Below are positions 1 through 10,649 of a DNA stretch of 32,000 bases, piece after piece. The first letter of the stretch is position 1; every line of letters begins with the position of its first letter. The translations under genes were made by a program, and so were the position numbers. This stretch comes from Mycobacterium leprae TN. GTDB lineage: Bacteria > Actinomycetota > Actinomycetes > Mycobacteriales > Mycobacteriaceae. Location of the stretch: contig NC_002677.1 of assembly GCF_000195855.1 (NCBI RefSeq), positions 3,030,001-3,062,000 of the forward strand. Reading direction: 5' to 3'. The notes beneath the pieces were generated by a model that saw only the letters and a list, made by a program, of their open reading frames with translations, was not told the DNA's origin and made no database searches.

Positions 1-1456
1 ATGTCTCCTCTGGAAATAATCAGCGACAACTTCGCCTAGTATTGACTAGGGATGTACGCTATCTCGATCTTTTTATCGCCGAGAAGGTTCAGACACGCCC
101 AAGCTGGGGGCTACTGCCCCGACGATGAGCCCAGCTAATCGCCGTAACTATCTTGCTATGTCCAGCGCAACGGGACCCGTGTCAGCGCGGAGGCACTCGA
201 TGACGATCAACCTGCATCAAGAGCCTCGCCAACATCTACTACCGAACCAGCTACGGCAGCAAAAACGCAGACGGTGGGCACTGAGGCCCGATCGCCGGGA
301 GTTATCCGCGAGTTTATCGGGCTGCCGGGACCAACCGCTGGGCGCACCGACTCCAGCGGGCACCCGTTCCAAGGGCTGTACTGCCTCGCGGCGGAACGTA
401 AGCTGAAGGTAACAATAAGGCCACCACCCAAGACGACAGCAACTTCATTTAAGCACTATATTAGGTAGTAGTATATAGGCCACCCACAGCATCGGATTTC
501 CTGGCTGGAATACCAGGTTCCGGGGTTTTGAAAGCACCTTGCTGTTCGATCACACATTAGTTGACCTCAGGGTCGAGGTACGCTGGCTGCTAGAAGCTCA
601 TAACGTAGAAACCGTTGTACTGCTAGGCAATTGAGGCATGGGCTACTTTATGCCCACCTACCAGCAGCAAGCGGTAGACCAGAACGTCATTCCGCTAGAA
701 GGTAGGCAGCCGAACTGATAAAGTTGCTCGTTACCTATGGCTATGTTGCCACCACCGTGTATCCAGGACGCCTGGATGTATGCTGGCGGCGGCGACTAAG
801 GCGACTCGGTCACCACCGATCCCAACCTGGATCTGTACAGTTCGCAAAGCGGCCCGCAGTGCGCGTCAGGATTTTGCCACTTGCTACTGCTTGGCGCAGA
901 CCAAGCGACACCATGCCATCACCAACTGGGCCCAGCCGGAGATCAAACGCGTTCGCCCAGCCGGGTTTTCCGATTTGCCGCTCGCTGCGATACGCACTTG
1001 GGCCGACCTACGAATGGTCGACCCCAGCATTAAGTCGACCAAGTGTGCACCCAACCTGTGTTACGCGGACATCCCGGGGAAAGCAAACCGCTCCGCGTAT
1101 GGCATCGCTGCTATCTGCACACTACGCAATTGGCTTAATTGGGTACCCTGTGGATGGCCTCAAGCCCGGGCCGAGCCACACCGGGCCCGCATAACCCGAC
1201 CGGCCTTGGTGATCAACACCAAGGCAGATGCAAGAGTTTGGCCGTTTGACGCACAGCGCACCCACGACGCACGTGAATACTGATTAAGACGCAATACTCG
1301 ATCAATACCAACCACTACATTTACCAACCCAGGCACGCGCAGCGAGCAGGACGACACCATTGCCAACTGGATCAACAAGCAATGGCAGTGAGAGTTCTCG
1401 CCGAGCCACTGGCCAATCCATAATGTCGTTGGTCAACCAAACGACCAACTGTTAGC

Positions 1457-2300
1457 TTGGAAAGTGCTCAGCCAAAACAAGCCCCGCAGACATGGGAAAG
1501 ACGACCAATGCCATTCGCTATTACTCCTGAGCATCAAAAACTTGTCGATTCGATGCGCTCCCTGTTAGCGCGTGTAGCACCATCCGAGCTGCTGTACAAG
1601 ACGATAGGGTATTCTCCTGGAAAACGTGTGAACACGCCGCCATACTGGCAAACTGCGGCTGAACAAGGGGCTTCAGGGAGTGCATCTGGCCGAATCCGTT
1701 GGCAGTCAAAGTTTCGGCAGGCCATCGTCCTGACCGAATTCGGCTACTGGGCCGATCGTGCCGTAAGCGATCTCCAGCGCGCTGAATCTCGGGATGACGA
1801 AGGGGCCCCCGGACCTCACAGTCGGTATCTAGCTCTGCTGGCCGCCTAGGCCGTCGGAGTGGCGCTCTGGGCAACCGACCCCGCAGCATCAACGTTCGCC
1901 AAGAGATCCGCAAGCAGTTCGGCAAACCGATTGGCCAGTTCCAGGACATCAAACACACATGCGCAGAGCATGCTAGATGATCGTTGACTCCGACCAGGCC
2001 ACCGCCGGGGTGTACAACCCCGCTCTCGCGACCGACGAAGCTAGCCAAAATAGCTAAAATATAGAGTTGGTTCCAGCGCTGAGATCCGCGCCGAGGGAGC
2101 CTCGCTCGATGCGATGCCACGCAAAGTCGCTATCGCCGAAGGCGGGTGGGTGTTGCCGTGTATACCCAAGCCACCAGGCCAGGTGGAGTAAGTCATCATT
2201 ACCCATGAGTTCACCGCCGAACAGGTTAAGCAGCCGCCTCTTGGCATCGCGGCGTGGATCATTTCGTCGATCGGAGGTACAAACGCCGAACGGCTGTTAA
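1457..2300 (+). pseudogene. Acyl-CoA dehydrogenase pseudogene; by position the fadE6/Rv0271c equivalent
   Basis: The ORF at 1457 starts with an ACAD-like N-terminus (PFAITPEHQKLVDSMRSLL). At about 1900-1975 the translation reads EIRKQFGKPIGQFQDIKHTCAEHA, matching the conserved ACAD xFGxPIxxFQxIKH motif, and is followed by a stop and frameshifts. Only about 150 codons separate the N-terminus from this motif, versus more than 300 in intact ACADs, so there is an internal deletion. It lies convergent with fadD2, as in Mtb by my memory. Confidence 0.6.
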
Positions 2301-3659
2301 GGTTGCCGCACGACCCGTAACGACGTTCGGGCGCTGAAGGTTTTTGCCGCACCGAAGCGGCCAAAAGCCTCCAGCCCCTCAGCAGGGGCAACCGCGTTCA
2401 GCCAAGACATATCCCAGTGTTGGCAATGACCCAATAATGTTTTGTTGGTGCTTCCCATGCCATCCAGGCCCCCACTAATCCGTCGGTATCCCACCCCAGT
2501 CCATTGAGTAGACACGGCCTACGGCAATGCCGTTCTGCCGGTCAGCCAGATTCGCGGCAAGCACACTCTAGGCAACGATGTCTGCTGATGCGACGGTAGG
2601 CTCCTCGACAGTCTGAGTCGGAGCAGCACCGAACAGCTTTCTTTCCGGTCACCCCCTGTGCCCAGCGCACCAGCCGCAGCCTTACGGACGAAATGCAGTA
2701 AAATCAACAATTGCTAACTCTCCTTCCACAAGGTGAAGAAAATGCGAAAGTAAAAGAATTATGTTACTATTTTATGCAAAATCTACACGAAGAGAACTCT
2801 TATAAACTATCCTTGATATATACTTGATAGTCATCCCTATTACTTAGGTAATACCATGTACTAATGAAACCGTCTACGCACTAGTAGTAGACGGAATTCC
2901 TAAAGATATTGACTAGAGGAAGATTTTGATCTTAGCAGTCATCAAGCTGTTTACCGGTTCACGGGGCTAGGTCAATAAGCCTTGTGTATATTTAATATCC
3001 TTTCCTGATTGGGATCGAATAAAATTCCCTACTGCTCTAGGAACACCATATTCCCATCAAGGTGTAGCAAGTTTTAAATAAGTGGGCTTTGTTCACATAC
3101 AACAGCAGCGACTTTCGCTTCGGCGATCAAGGCGCTCGCGAGGCATAGGAGGCCCCCGGTGCCTGCACCTCAAAAATTCCGGTAACGATAATATCGATAG
3201 GGAGAATGTTCAACAAAACACATACTGATACCCAGATCTACTGACTTGCACCCCCGAGGAGGTCGTCGCAATGATGTCCGTACCCGGCCAACAAAAACAA
3301 CGTCAGAGGGTTCCGTGCGCACCCGAGGATAGCCCCGTTATCCAGACCCGGAGAGGACAAGACCGACACAGCTGTCGTCATTTTTGAGAACGCGAACAAG
3401 CGACCATTCAATCAACACGAGAACAACGAACACGACAAACGTTGACCTCGCACTCGCGATACACTGAGCCCTCGACTATCTGGCAACAAACAAGCCGCCG
3501 ACCGCCTCTCAGCGTCGTCCGCATCACTGTACAAGAAGTGTTTACCGCACTGATCGAGCAACTTCTGACCGACCTGGTTGAGCAGTCCGCCAAAGCCGGC
3601 TACACCACTCAGGCCCGACGGTAACCGTAGTGGAGGATCAACCCCCGAGATTGGCTATT

Positions 3660-5339
3660 TTAATGAACCTCGAAATCGCGGAGTTCGCGCTTGAGGACCT
3701 TGCCGGTGGGGTTACGCGGTAGCTCTTCGAGGAAGATCACTTCTCGCGGCACCTTGTAGCGGGCCAAGTGATCGCGAACGTAGGCTTTGATCGCGTCCTC
3801 GTCAATAGTGGCGTCCTGCTTCTTTACCACGAATGCACGCAGCCGAGCGCCCCACTCCTTGTCGTCAACACCGATCGCGGTGGCCTCCACCACTTCAGGA
3901 TGCCCGCTGATCAGATCCTCGACTTCGGCAGGGAACACGTTCTCGCCGCCGGAAACGATCATCTCATCGTCACGGCCACTGATATACAGCAAGTCATGCT
4001 CATCGAAGTAGCCGACGTCGCCCGACGATAACAGGCCATCGATAATCTGCTTGCCACCGCCGCCAGTGTAACCCTCGAATGGGAAGGCGTTCCCTACGAA
4101 GATCCGACCAACCTGGCCTCGCGGCACTTCTTTGCCGCTATCGTCAAGGATCTTAACCTTGACGCCCTTAACTACCGGACCAACTGTCGCCGAGTTGATT
4201 TGCAGGTCCTTGGGTCCTGCTATCGTGGCAAACGCGATCTCGGTCGAACCGTACATGTTGTAGATGACGGGGCCGAGTTCCTCGAGCGCGCGTGTGGCTA
4301 GTTCGGCACCCAGTTGCGATCCAGATACGAACACGACACGCAAGCTGGACAAATCGGACTTGGTCTCCAAGTTCTCGAGCGTGTCGAGGATCCGCGACAG
4401 CATGACCGGCACCACAACCATGGCTGTTGCCTGGTGTTTTTCGATGTCTTCGAGCACTGTCGCCGGCTTGAACCGGCGCCGCAGCACCAGCGTCGACCCC
4501 AGGAACATCGCAAGCGTGGCGTGCAGATACCCCAGAGCGTGGAACATCGGCGCCGGCAGCAACGTCACCTCGTGCGCCCTGAACGGGACCTTCGACAAGA
4601 TGCCACCGAGTGGCGCAAGCGATGCGGGGGTATTGCGGTTGGCTCCCTTAGGGGTGCCGGTCGTCCCGCTGGTCAGGATGATGATCGAGGCGCGCTTACG
4701 TACCTTCGGGGCTGGCGCGCTGCTACTGCGCGCGATTAACTCCGCTAACGTCTCGTCGGTGCTGCCCGGCGGTTCCTCTTCGTCTGGGTTGACGCCGAGC
4801 GCCCGCAATTTGCCGAGTGCCGGTTCGGCTTTGCTGACAACTTTGGTGTACTCGTCGTCGTAGATGATTACCTTGGCTCCCTCGCGCTCCGACACCTCTT
4901 TGATTTGCGGGCCAGAGAATTCGCTATTGAGCAAAATAATGCGGGCGCCCACTCGCGCACAGCCGTAGTTCGCGATGACAAACCAGCGGTGGTTGCGTGC
5001 CAAGATGGCGATGCCGTCCCCGCCGCGGACTCCCTTGGCAATTAGCCCATTGGCCAACGCGTGGGCTGCCCTGTCTAACTCCTTGTAGGTTAGTGTCCCC
5101 TCTTCGTCGATGAGCGCCGCGCGGTGTGGAGAGCGCCTAGCCGGCATCGCCGGCAGCATGGCGAGATCGCCCCACTTTCTCATAGCGACGGCCATTGCGG
5201 CGTAGGTGAGCGGCGGCTCGAACCCGAGCGCGCCCGATTCGAAGATGCTGCGCAGGTAATGTACCTCGGCGGCGCCACGCTCAAGGTAGTGCCGAAGCTT
5301 GGTCACAGCCTGCCCAGGCAGGCCAGGGATGTTAGGCAT
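3660..5339 (-). CDS. fadD2: Fatty-acid-CoA ligase / acyl-CoA synthetase FadD2 (559 aa from the ATG at 5339)
   Basis: Uninterrupted ORF with the AMP-binding signature ILTSGTTGTPKGANR and the C-terminal GKVLKRELR. The N-terminus MPNIPGLPGQAVTKL matches the remembered Mtb FadD2 start. The ORF-track start at 5456 adds 39 unsupported codons that overlap the neighbouring pseudogene. Confidence 0.93.
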   Translation of the reverse strand: MPNIPGLPGQAVTKLRHYLERGAAEVHYLRSIFESGALGFEPPLTYAAMAVAMRKWGDLAMLPAMPARRSPHRAALIDEEGTLTYKELDRAAHALANGLIAKGVRGGDGIAILARNHRWFVIANYGCARVGARIILLNSEFSGPQIKEVSEREGAKVIIYDDEYTKVVSKAEPALGKLRALGVNPDEEEPPGSTDETLAELIARSSSAPAPKVRKRASIIILTSGTTGTPKGANRNTPASLAPLGGILSKVPFRAHEVTLLPAPMFHALGYLHATLAMFLGSTLVLRRRFKPATVLEDIEKHQATAMVVVPVMLSRILDTLENLETKSDLSSLRVVFVSGSQLGAELATRALEELGPVIYNMYGSTEIAFATIAGPKDLQINSATVGPVVKGVKVKILDDSGKEVPRGQVGRIFVGNAFPFEGYTGGGGKQIIDGLLSSGDVGYFDEHDLLYISGRDDEMIVSGGENVFPAEVEDLISGHPEVVEATAIGVDDKEWGARLRAFVVKKQDATIDEDAIKAYVRDHLARYKVPREVIFLEELPRNPTGKVLKRELRDFEVH

Positions 5340-5345
5340 GAGCAC

Positions 5346-5351
5346 ACAATA
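5346..5351 (-). promoter_or_regulatory. Candidate -10 element (TATTGT, TANNNT class) 6 nt upstream of the fadD2 ATG; possible leaderless mRNA
   Basis: The minus strand reads cgaTATTGTgtgctcATG, and there is no SD-like purine run before the ATG. The geometry resembles mycobacterial leaderless genes. This rests on sequence pattern only. Confidence 0.25.
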
Positions 5352-5439
5352 TCGTGACGTAGCTATACCAGTAGCGGCAAAAGAATGCGGAATTACCAAT
5401 GAACTGCCATGACCGGCCCGCTGGAAGTGGCCGGACACC

Positions 5440-6250
5440 AGGGTGCCATCACGCATACGGACAAAATCATCTTCGACCGACGAGGCGACACCAAGCTTGA
5501 CTTAATTAATGCAACTATTACCTGAATGTCACCGAGGATGTAGTACTGCGCGGTGTGGCAAACCGACCGATGATCCTGAAGCACTTCGATCAAAGGCATC
5601 TCCGAAGAAGCGGTGTCCTAGAAGCCTGCCCCCACACCGACCGGACTGGGTCTACGTTGCCAAACTGCGCTACACGTCGGGTACTTCAGCTACTAAAGCC
5701 AGCATACATGACGCTGCCGGCCTAACCTGGGTGGTTTCACCTGGGATGCGTAGATCTCGGCCCACATCCGGTGTTGGCCTAGGACTTCGGTCATCCCGAC
5801 TAGCAAGGCACCAACCTGAATCACGCTCTCGCGCTGGTGGCACGGTAAGTGCTGGAGAACTACGGCCTGGGGGCGTGGCCGAAGACTTGTGAGTCGCGAG
5901 GATTTCATCTCTATACCCGGATCACCCTGCGGTGACAGTTCGCCACAGGTACGGCTCACCACTCAGACCGTTGCTCGCGAGGTCGAGCGGCGGGTACCTG
6001 ATGGGCACCATCAGCCGCTGATGGAAGGAAATAACCGGCAGAAGGTCGGTCGACTTCAACCAGAACGCCAAAGACCGCACCGTCGCGTGGACGTACTCTG
6101 TGTGCGGTTACCCCAGATGCCCGGGTATCGACGCCGTTGCATTGGGACGATGTCGCCGATTGCAAGCACGAGACGTTCATCATCGCCACCGTGCCCAATC
6201 GATTCGCCAAAGTCAGTTACCCGGTGGCAGGTATTAACTACGCGCTTGGG
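5440..6250 (+). pseudogene. LigD polymerase/primase-domain (PolDom)-like protein pseudogene; Rv0269c equivalent
   Basis: Fragments in shifting frames: DKIIFDRRGDTKLDLI (about 5455), SRGFHLYTRI (about 5895), AREVERRVPDG, VDFNQNAKDRTVAWTYSV (about 6045-6100) and VSTPLHWDDVADCKHETFIIATVPNRFAKV (about 6125-6215). These are hallmark LigD-Pol motifs interrupted by stops and frameshifts. Confidence 0.7.
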
Positions 6251-6699
6251 CACGTTACCGACTGCTGATGCTGGCCGAAGAAATGGGACTCTTCCCAAAA
6301 GCAGGCACCCAAAGCGTCTGGCACACTGCTAGTCCTAACAGCGGTCGGTGCAAATTCCCGATACCGATTGTCTAGATAGCCCGCGCCAAGACCAAGGATG
6401 AGACGACGACAGCGCGCCGGTCGACACCGCCAGCACCAATCCCACCCGGCTACAACCAGCCAATATCTGTACTCTACGGAATGTGTTGGATCGAATTTGA
6501 TCCAGTATCGGAGCAGGATCAAACTGCAGCATGTGCCGATTAGACCAGCACCCACATCAAGACGAACTGATTACTGATTGCAGCCGTGGCACGGCTACAA
6601 GCCGAAAGCATTGCAGAACCACGAAGCGGTACAACATTACTCGAGCTAGTAATGCTTCCTGTCGGTGCAGATGCGAGCCCGCCACGCGATACTCTCAAC

Positions 6700-7440
6700 A
6701 CGACACGAGACGGATGGGATCGGCGTGAGTTCCTGCAGCTCGTCGGGGCCCCACAGGCAGGGTTGCTGGACGCCAGCGGTTGTTTTTCACCCAAACGGCT
6801 GCCGGAGACCCCGGGAGGCGAAGCGGTAACAATCACAAGCCTTTTCGGTCAAACCATCATCACGGAGTCACTCAAGCGAGTTGTTCGTGCCGGTTACACT
6901 GACCAAGACGACCTGTTCGCAGGGGGTATGGTGCCCATCACGGTAATCAACTGGTTCGGCGATCAGCCGTTCGCAGTCTGCCAGTGGACCCAACCTAAAC
7001 TCGGTATAGCGCAACCCGTAGTGTTAAACTTCGATAACGGCATTCCGGTCGACCAAATCGCTGGACTAAAGACAACGCACTAGGGTAGCAGCCCTAGAGT
7101 ACTGGCAGACAGATTTCCTCGACGAGATGGGTTGGGCAATAGCCGAACAACATCAAATCGTTCAACGACGATCACCGCGCAATCATCCCACGTGATCACA
7201 TCAAAGCTATGCTTGGTTCCGCTGATGTGGCGACTGGTGACCGAAGGCCCAGATAACCAAAAGCCGATGCCGACCAACCCCGACACAGCAGCATCGCAAG
7301 GGACCTGAAAAAACTGTCACATTTTCACCGTCAAAGACCAGGCCGGCCCGACCGCCTTTTCGTCAACATTGAGCTAACCGATGGCCACCGAACAACTGGC
7401 TGAACAAACCGGCAAGATCCTGAGTTAAACCCGGCTCAAT
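6700..7440 (+). pseudogene. Iron-siderophore ABC-type periplasmic binding lipoprotein pseudogene (by position Rv0265c/fecB2-like)
   Basis: The ORF 6586..7083 contains a twin-arginine signal plus lipobox (DRREFLQLVGAPQAGLLDASGC). It also has a PBP type-2 N-domain pattern (VVRAGYTDQDDLFAGGMVPITVINWFGDQPFAVCQWTQPKLGIAQPVVLN..IPVDQIAGLK). It stops at 7083, and the remainder is readable only in other frames. Confidence 0.55.
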
Positions 7441-7528
7441 TACCTGTCTTTGAGCTTTTACTAAGGCACCTCTGGCAATGCTCCAAAATCCCTCCCCACT
7501 ACCCTTATTCCGGCGTTACCTTCAAAGA

Positions 7529-8206
7529 ATGAGCGTTATGGAAACAACAAGCAACCATACGCAAGAGCTATCTAAAAACTTGGTAAGGAACGATACCATT
7601 CTCAATTACGGCGATCAAGCGCTGATGCTGCAATGCGGCAGCACCTCTGATGTCCTGGCATGGGCAGATGCGTTACGTGCGGCGGCACTACCCGGTGTGG
7701 TCGACATCGTCCCAGGCGCCCGCACCGTGTTGGTGAAACTCGGCGGACCCCGCGACCAAAAGGTCACCCTTCAGCGGCTACGCAAGCTGCGGGTCACCCC
7801 GGAGGCGACTGCGCCAGCTGACCGCGGCGCCGACGTGGTGATCGACGTCGTCTACGACGGCCCGGACCTCGCCGAGGTTGCCCGCACTACCGGACTGACG
7901 GTAGCGAAGGTCATCACCGCCCATACCGGCACTCCGTGGCGGGTTGGATTCAATGGCTTCGCACCAGGTTTCGCATATCTGGTCGACGGCGATCCACGAC
8001 TGCGAGTGCCACGCCGGTGCGATCCGCGGACCTCGGTGCCGCCTGGTTCGGTCGCCCTCGCCGACGAATTCAGCGCGATATATCCGCGCCAATCTCCTGG
8101 CGGTTGGCAACTCATCGGCCACACCAACACAGTGCTGTGGGACACCAACCGGCCCAATCCCGCATTGCTGACACAGGGCATGTGGGTGCAGTTCCGTGCC
8201 ACGTAA
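7529..8206 (+). CDS. pxpB: 5-oxoprolinase subunit B / KipI-type allophanate hydrolase subunit 1 family protein (Rv0264c-like)
   Basis: Intact ORF with family patterns [38 protein letters not shown] and [11 protein letters not shown]. The ORF-track start is 7478; ATG codons at 7529 or 7538 fit the expected length of about 210-225 aa better. Confidence 0.85.
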   Translation: MSVMETTSNHTQELSKNLVRNDTILNYGDQALMLQCGSTSDVLAWADALRAAALPGVVDIVPGARTVLVKLGGPRDQKVTLQRLRKLRVTPEATAPADRGADVVIDVVYDGPDLAEVARTTGLTVAKVITAHTGTPWRVGFNGFAPGFAYLVDGDPRLRVPRRCDPRTSVPPGSVALADEFSAIYPRQSPGGWQLIGHTNTVLWDTNRPNPALLTQGMWVQFRAT

Positions 8207-8227
8207 AAGAATCGTAGAGAGCCCACC

Positions 8228-9145
8228 ATGACAAACCCGCCAATCAAGTTGGAGATCCTGCGTAGTGGCCCGTTTGCAGTCGTGCAGGACCTCGGTCGGG
8301 CCGGGCTGGCTCACTTCGGCGTCGGTCGGTCCGGAGCCGCCGACCGACGCGCACACAAGCTAGCCAACCGATTGGTCGCCAACCCCGACGACCGCGCCAC
8401 GGTCGAAGTGACGTTCGGTGGTTTCTCAGCTCGAGTTTGCGGAGGCAACGTCTATGTTGCGGTCACGGGCGCCGACACCAACCCCACGGCTAACGGTATT
8501 GTGTTTGGCACTAACAGTATACAACATATCCGCGATGGGCAGGTGATCTCGCTGGGCGCACCGCATGTCGGGCTGCGGACGTATCTAGCGGTGCGCGGTG
8601 GTATCTGCGTCACCCCGGTGCTGGGTTCACGCAGCTACGACGTTTTGTCTGCAATCGGTCCGGCGCCACTACGAGCCGGTGACGAGTTGCCAGTCGGCGA
8701 CCACACCGACCACTACCCCGCACTCGACCACGCCCCCGTGGCCGCCATCACCGGCAATCCTGTTGAGCTGCTGGTCATACCCGGGCCGCACGACGATTGG
8801 TTCATCGATCCCGACGTACTGGTGCATACCGACTGGGTAGCCTCCGACCGCAGCGACCGGGTAGGGATGCGGTTGCTCGGCAGCCCCTTGCTGTACCGAT
8901 ACCCGGACCGTCAGCTGCCTAGCGAAGGCACCACTTGCGGAGCAATTCAATTACCGCCCAACGGGTTACCAGTGATCCTGGGGCCCGATCACCCAGTCAC
9001 TGGTGGCTACCCAGTAGCGGGCGTGGTGATCGATGAGGACATCGACAAGCTCGCTCAGTTGCGGCCTGGCCAGCAAGTGCGGCTGCACTGGGTAAGGACC
9101 CAGTCGTCGCCACTGGAACGACTACGGTCCGCGTCCCAGAACTGA
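8228..9145 (+). CDS. pxpC: 5-oxoprolinase subunit C / KipA-type allophanate hydrolase subunit 2 family protein (Rv0263c-like)
   Basis: Intact 305-codon ORF starting 22 nt after pxpB. It has an N-terminal [27 protein letters not shown] and a C-terminal [17 protein letters not shown] typical of the family. Confidence 0.88.
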   Translation: MTNPPIKLEILRSGPFAVVQDLGRAGLAHFGVGRSGAADRRAHKLANRLVANPDDRATVEVTFGGFSARVCGGNVYVAVTGADTNPTANGIVFGTNSIQHIRDGQVISLGAPHVGLRTYLAVRGGICVTPVLGSRSYDVLSAIGPAPLRAGDELPVGDHTDHYPALDHAPVAAITGNPVELLVIPGPHDDWFIDPDVLVHTDWVASDRSDRVGMRLLGSPLLYRYPDRQLPSEGTTCGAIQLPPNGLPVILGPDHPVTGGYPVAGVVIDEDIDKLAQLRPGQQVRLHWVRTQSSPLERLRSASQN

Positions 9146-9185
9146 CTGTTCTAGTAACACCAACCCGGTAGATAAAGCCTGGTAA

Positions 9186-9740
<555 letters not shown>

Positions 9741-9949
9741 CTTGGATGGTAAGTATGTTTGGATTGTCATGGCCGCTTCTGCGTACGGACCCCGCCACTC
9801 ATATCCGAGATGTTCAAGCGAACCTACAGTGGCAAACTGGTTAGCGAGGGTCGAGCTACCCGCCTCGTTGCGTACCGGAATGTCCACCAGCCGCAGGCAC
9901 CATTGATGGAACTAGAGTCCCTCAGCGGCATTTCGCAGTGAAGTTTCCG

Positions 9950-10535
9950 ATATCTATTGCGGTCTTGGTGAGAGCTCCATTTTTCTTGAAAAATAAGGAT
10001 ATTCGGTGACTAGTCCGGAAAGATCGCCCACCGCAATCGAAAAATGCCGGAACCATCCGGCAAAAATCGGCGTCACGGTCGACTTCGCAGCCACCGACGA
10101 GCAACCAACTTCACTGGCTACGACAGGAGCTTCAACACCATGGTGAACAACGCAGTTGGCCACTGTTTTAAGCGAAAATGAAAACAATATAATGCCGGGC
10201 TGCACCGAGCGACCTGACCCGACGCGCACTAGCATCTGTTCTGCTTCTCTGAGGGCAACATCAACGGAATTGGGGCGCTGATCAACGCGGTACCCGAATC
10301 CAACGTTCAGCGAAACGCTGACCACCAACGGCTGGCGAATGGACTTCCTCGGTACCGCAACATATCTTGTCGAAATTCAGGAATTTCTTCGACGCCAATT
10401 TACCAGAATGCTCGGGGACGAGTATTCGGAGCAACTGCGCGACGTTGGATACCAAATCGCAACCATTTTCACTGCTACTCAGTTCCGACTCGGTACACCT
10501 ACCGATGATGGCTTTGCACGCCAAGCTGATTGACT
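9950..10535 (+). pseudogene. Possible TetR-family regulator remnant
   Basis: A weak HTH-like stretch (LFLEK.GYSVTS...IA...NAGTIRQ, spread over frames at about 9975-10060) is followed by an open 64-codon tail (10339..10533). The identification is tentative. Confidence 0.25.
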
Positions 10536-10649
10536 AACACACGCATCTCACTCCGAGTGCCTCACCTGGCCTGTACTCCGCTTACTGGGTCAGGATTGTA
10601 GCGGTGAGTCGAAAATTCACACACTGGGCCAGTGGCGGCAACACCCAGG

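Noticed and set aside
658-682. A 25-nt segment, ctaccagcagcaagcggtagaccag, resembles 16328-16352 (ctaccagcagcaagccgtagtgcag). The match is 22/25, including an exact 15-mer.
   Set aside because: About one exact 15-mer repeat is expected by chance in a 32-kb window when both strands are considered. The similarity does not extend further, so this is not evidence of a dispersed repeat.
1-1456. Several 60-170-codon overlapping ORFs (125..406, 724..1194, 780..1283) that might be genes or identifiable pseudogenes (Rv0272c-Rv0276 equivalents by position).
   Set aside because: I could not match any frame to a family with confidence. There is only a vague GGGDxGD esterase-like hint near 790. The overlapping Arg-rich frames look like decayed or non-coding DNA, so I left them unannotated.
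3386-3441. An A/C-rich low-complexity stretch (about 75% A+C, with repeated CGAACA-like units).
   Set aside because: It is short and imperfect, with no clear period. It is probably a compositional accident within decayed sequence near the fadD2 3' end.
3768-5357. Numerous 70-200-codon ORFs on the plus strand and in off-frames inside fadD2 (for example 4264..4863 and 4314..4739).
   Set aside because: They are fully nested in, or antisense to, a strongly supported CDS. Their Arg/Ser/Pro-rich composition is typical of shadow ORFs in GC-rich coding DNA.
5340-5456. A 39-codon N-terminal extension of the fadD2 ORF (ORF-track start at 5456).
   Set aside because: The conserved N-terminus begins at the ATG at 5339 (MPNIPGLPGQ...). 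The extension overlaps the N-terminal fragment of the divergent PolDom pseudogene and looks like non-coding read-through.
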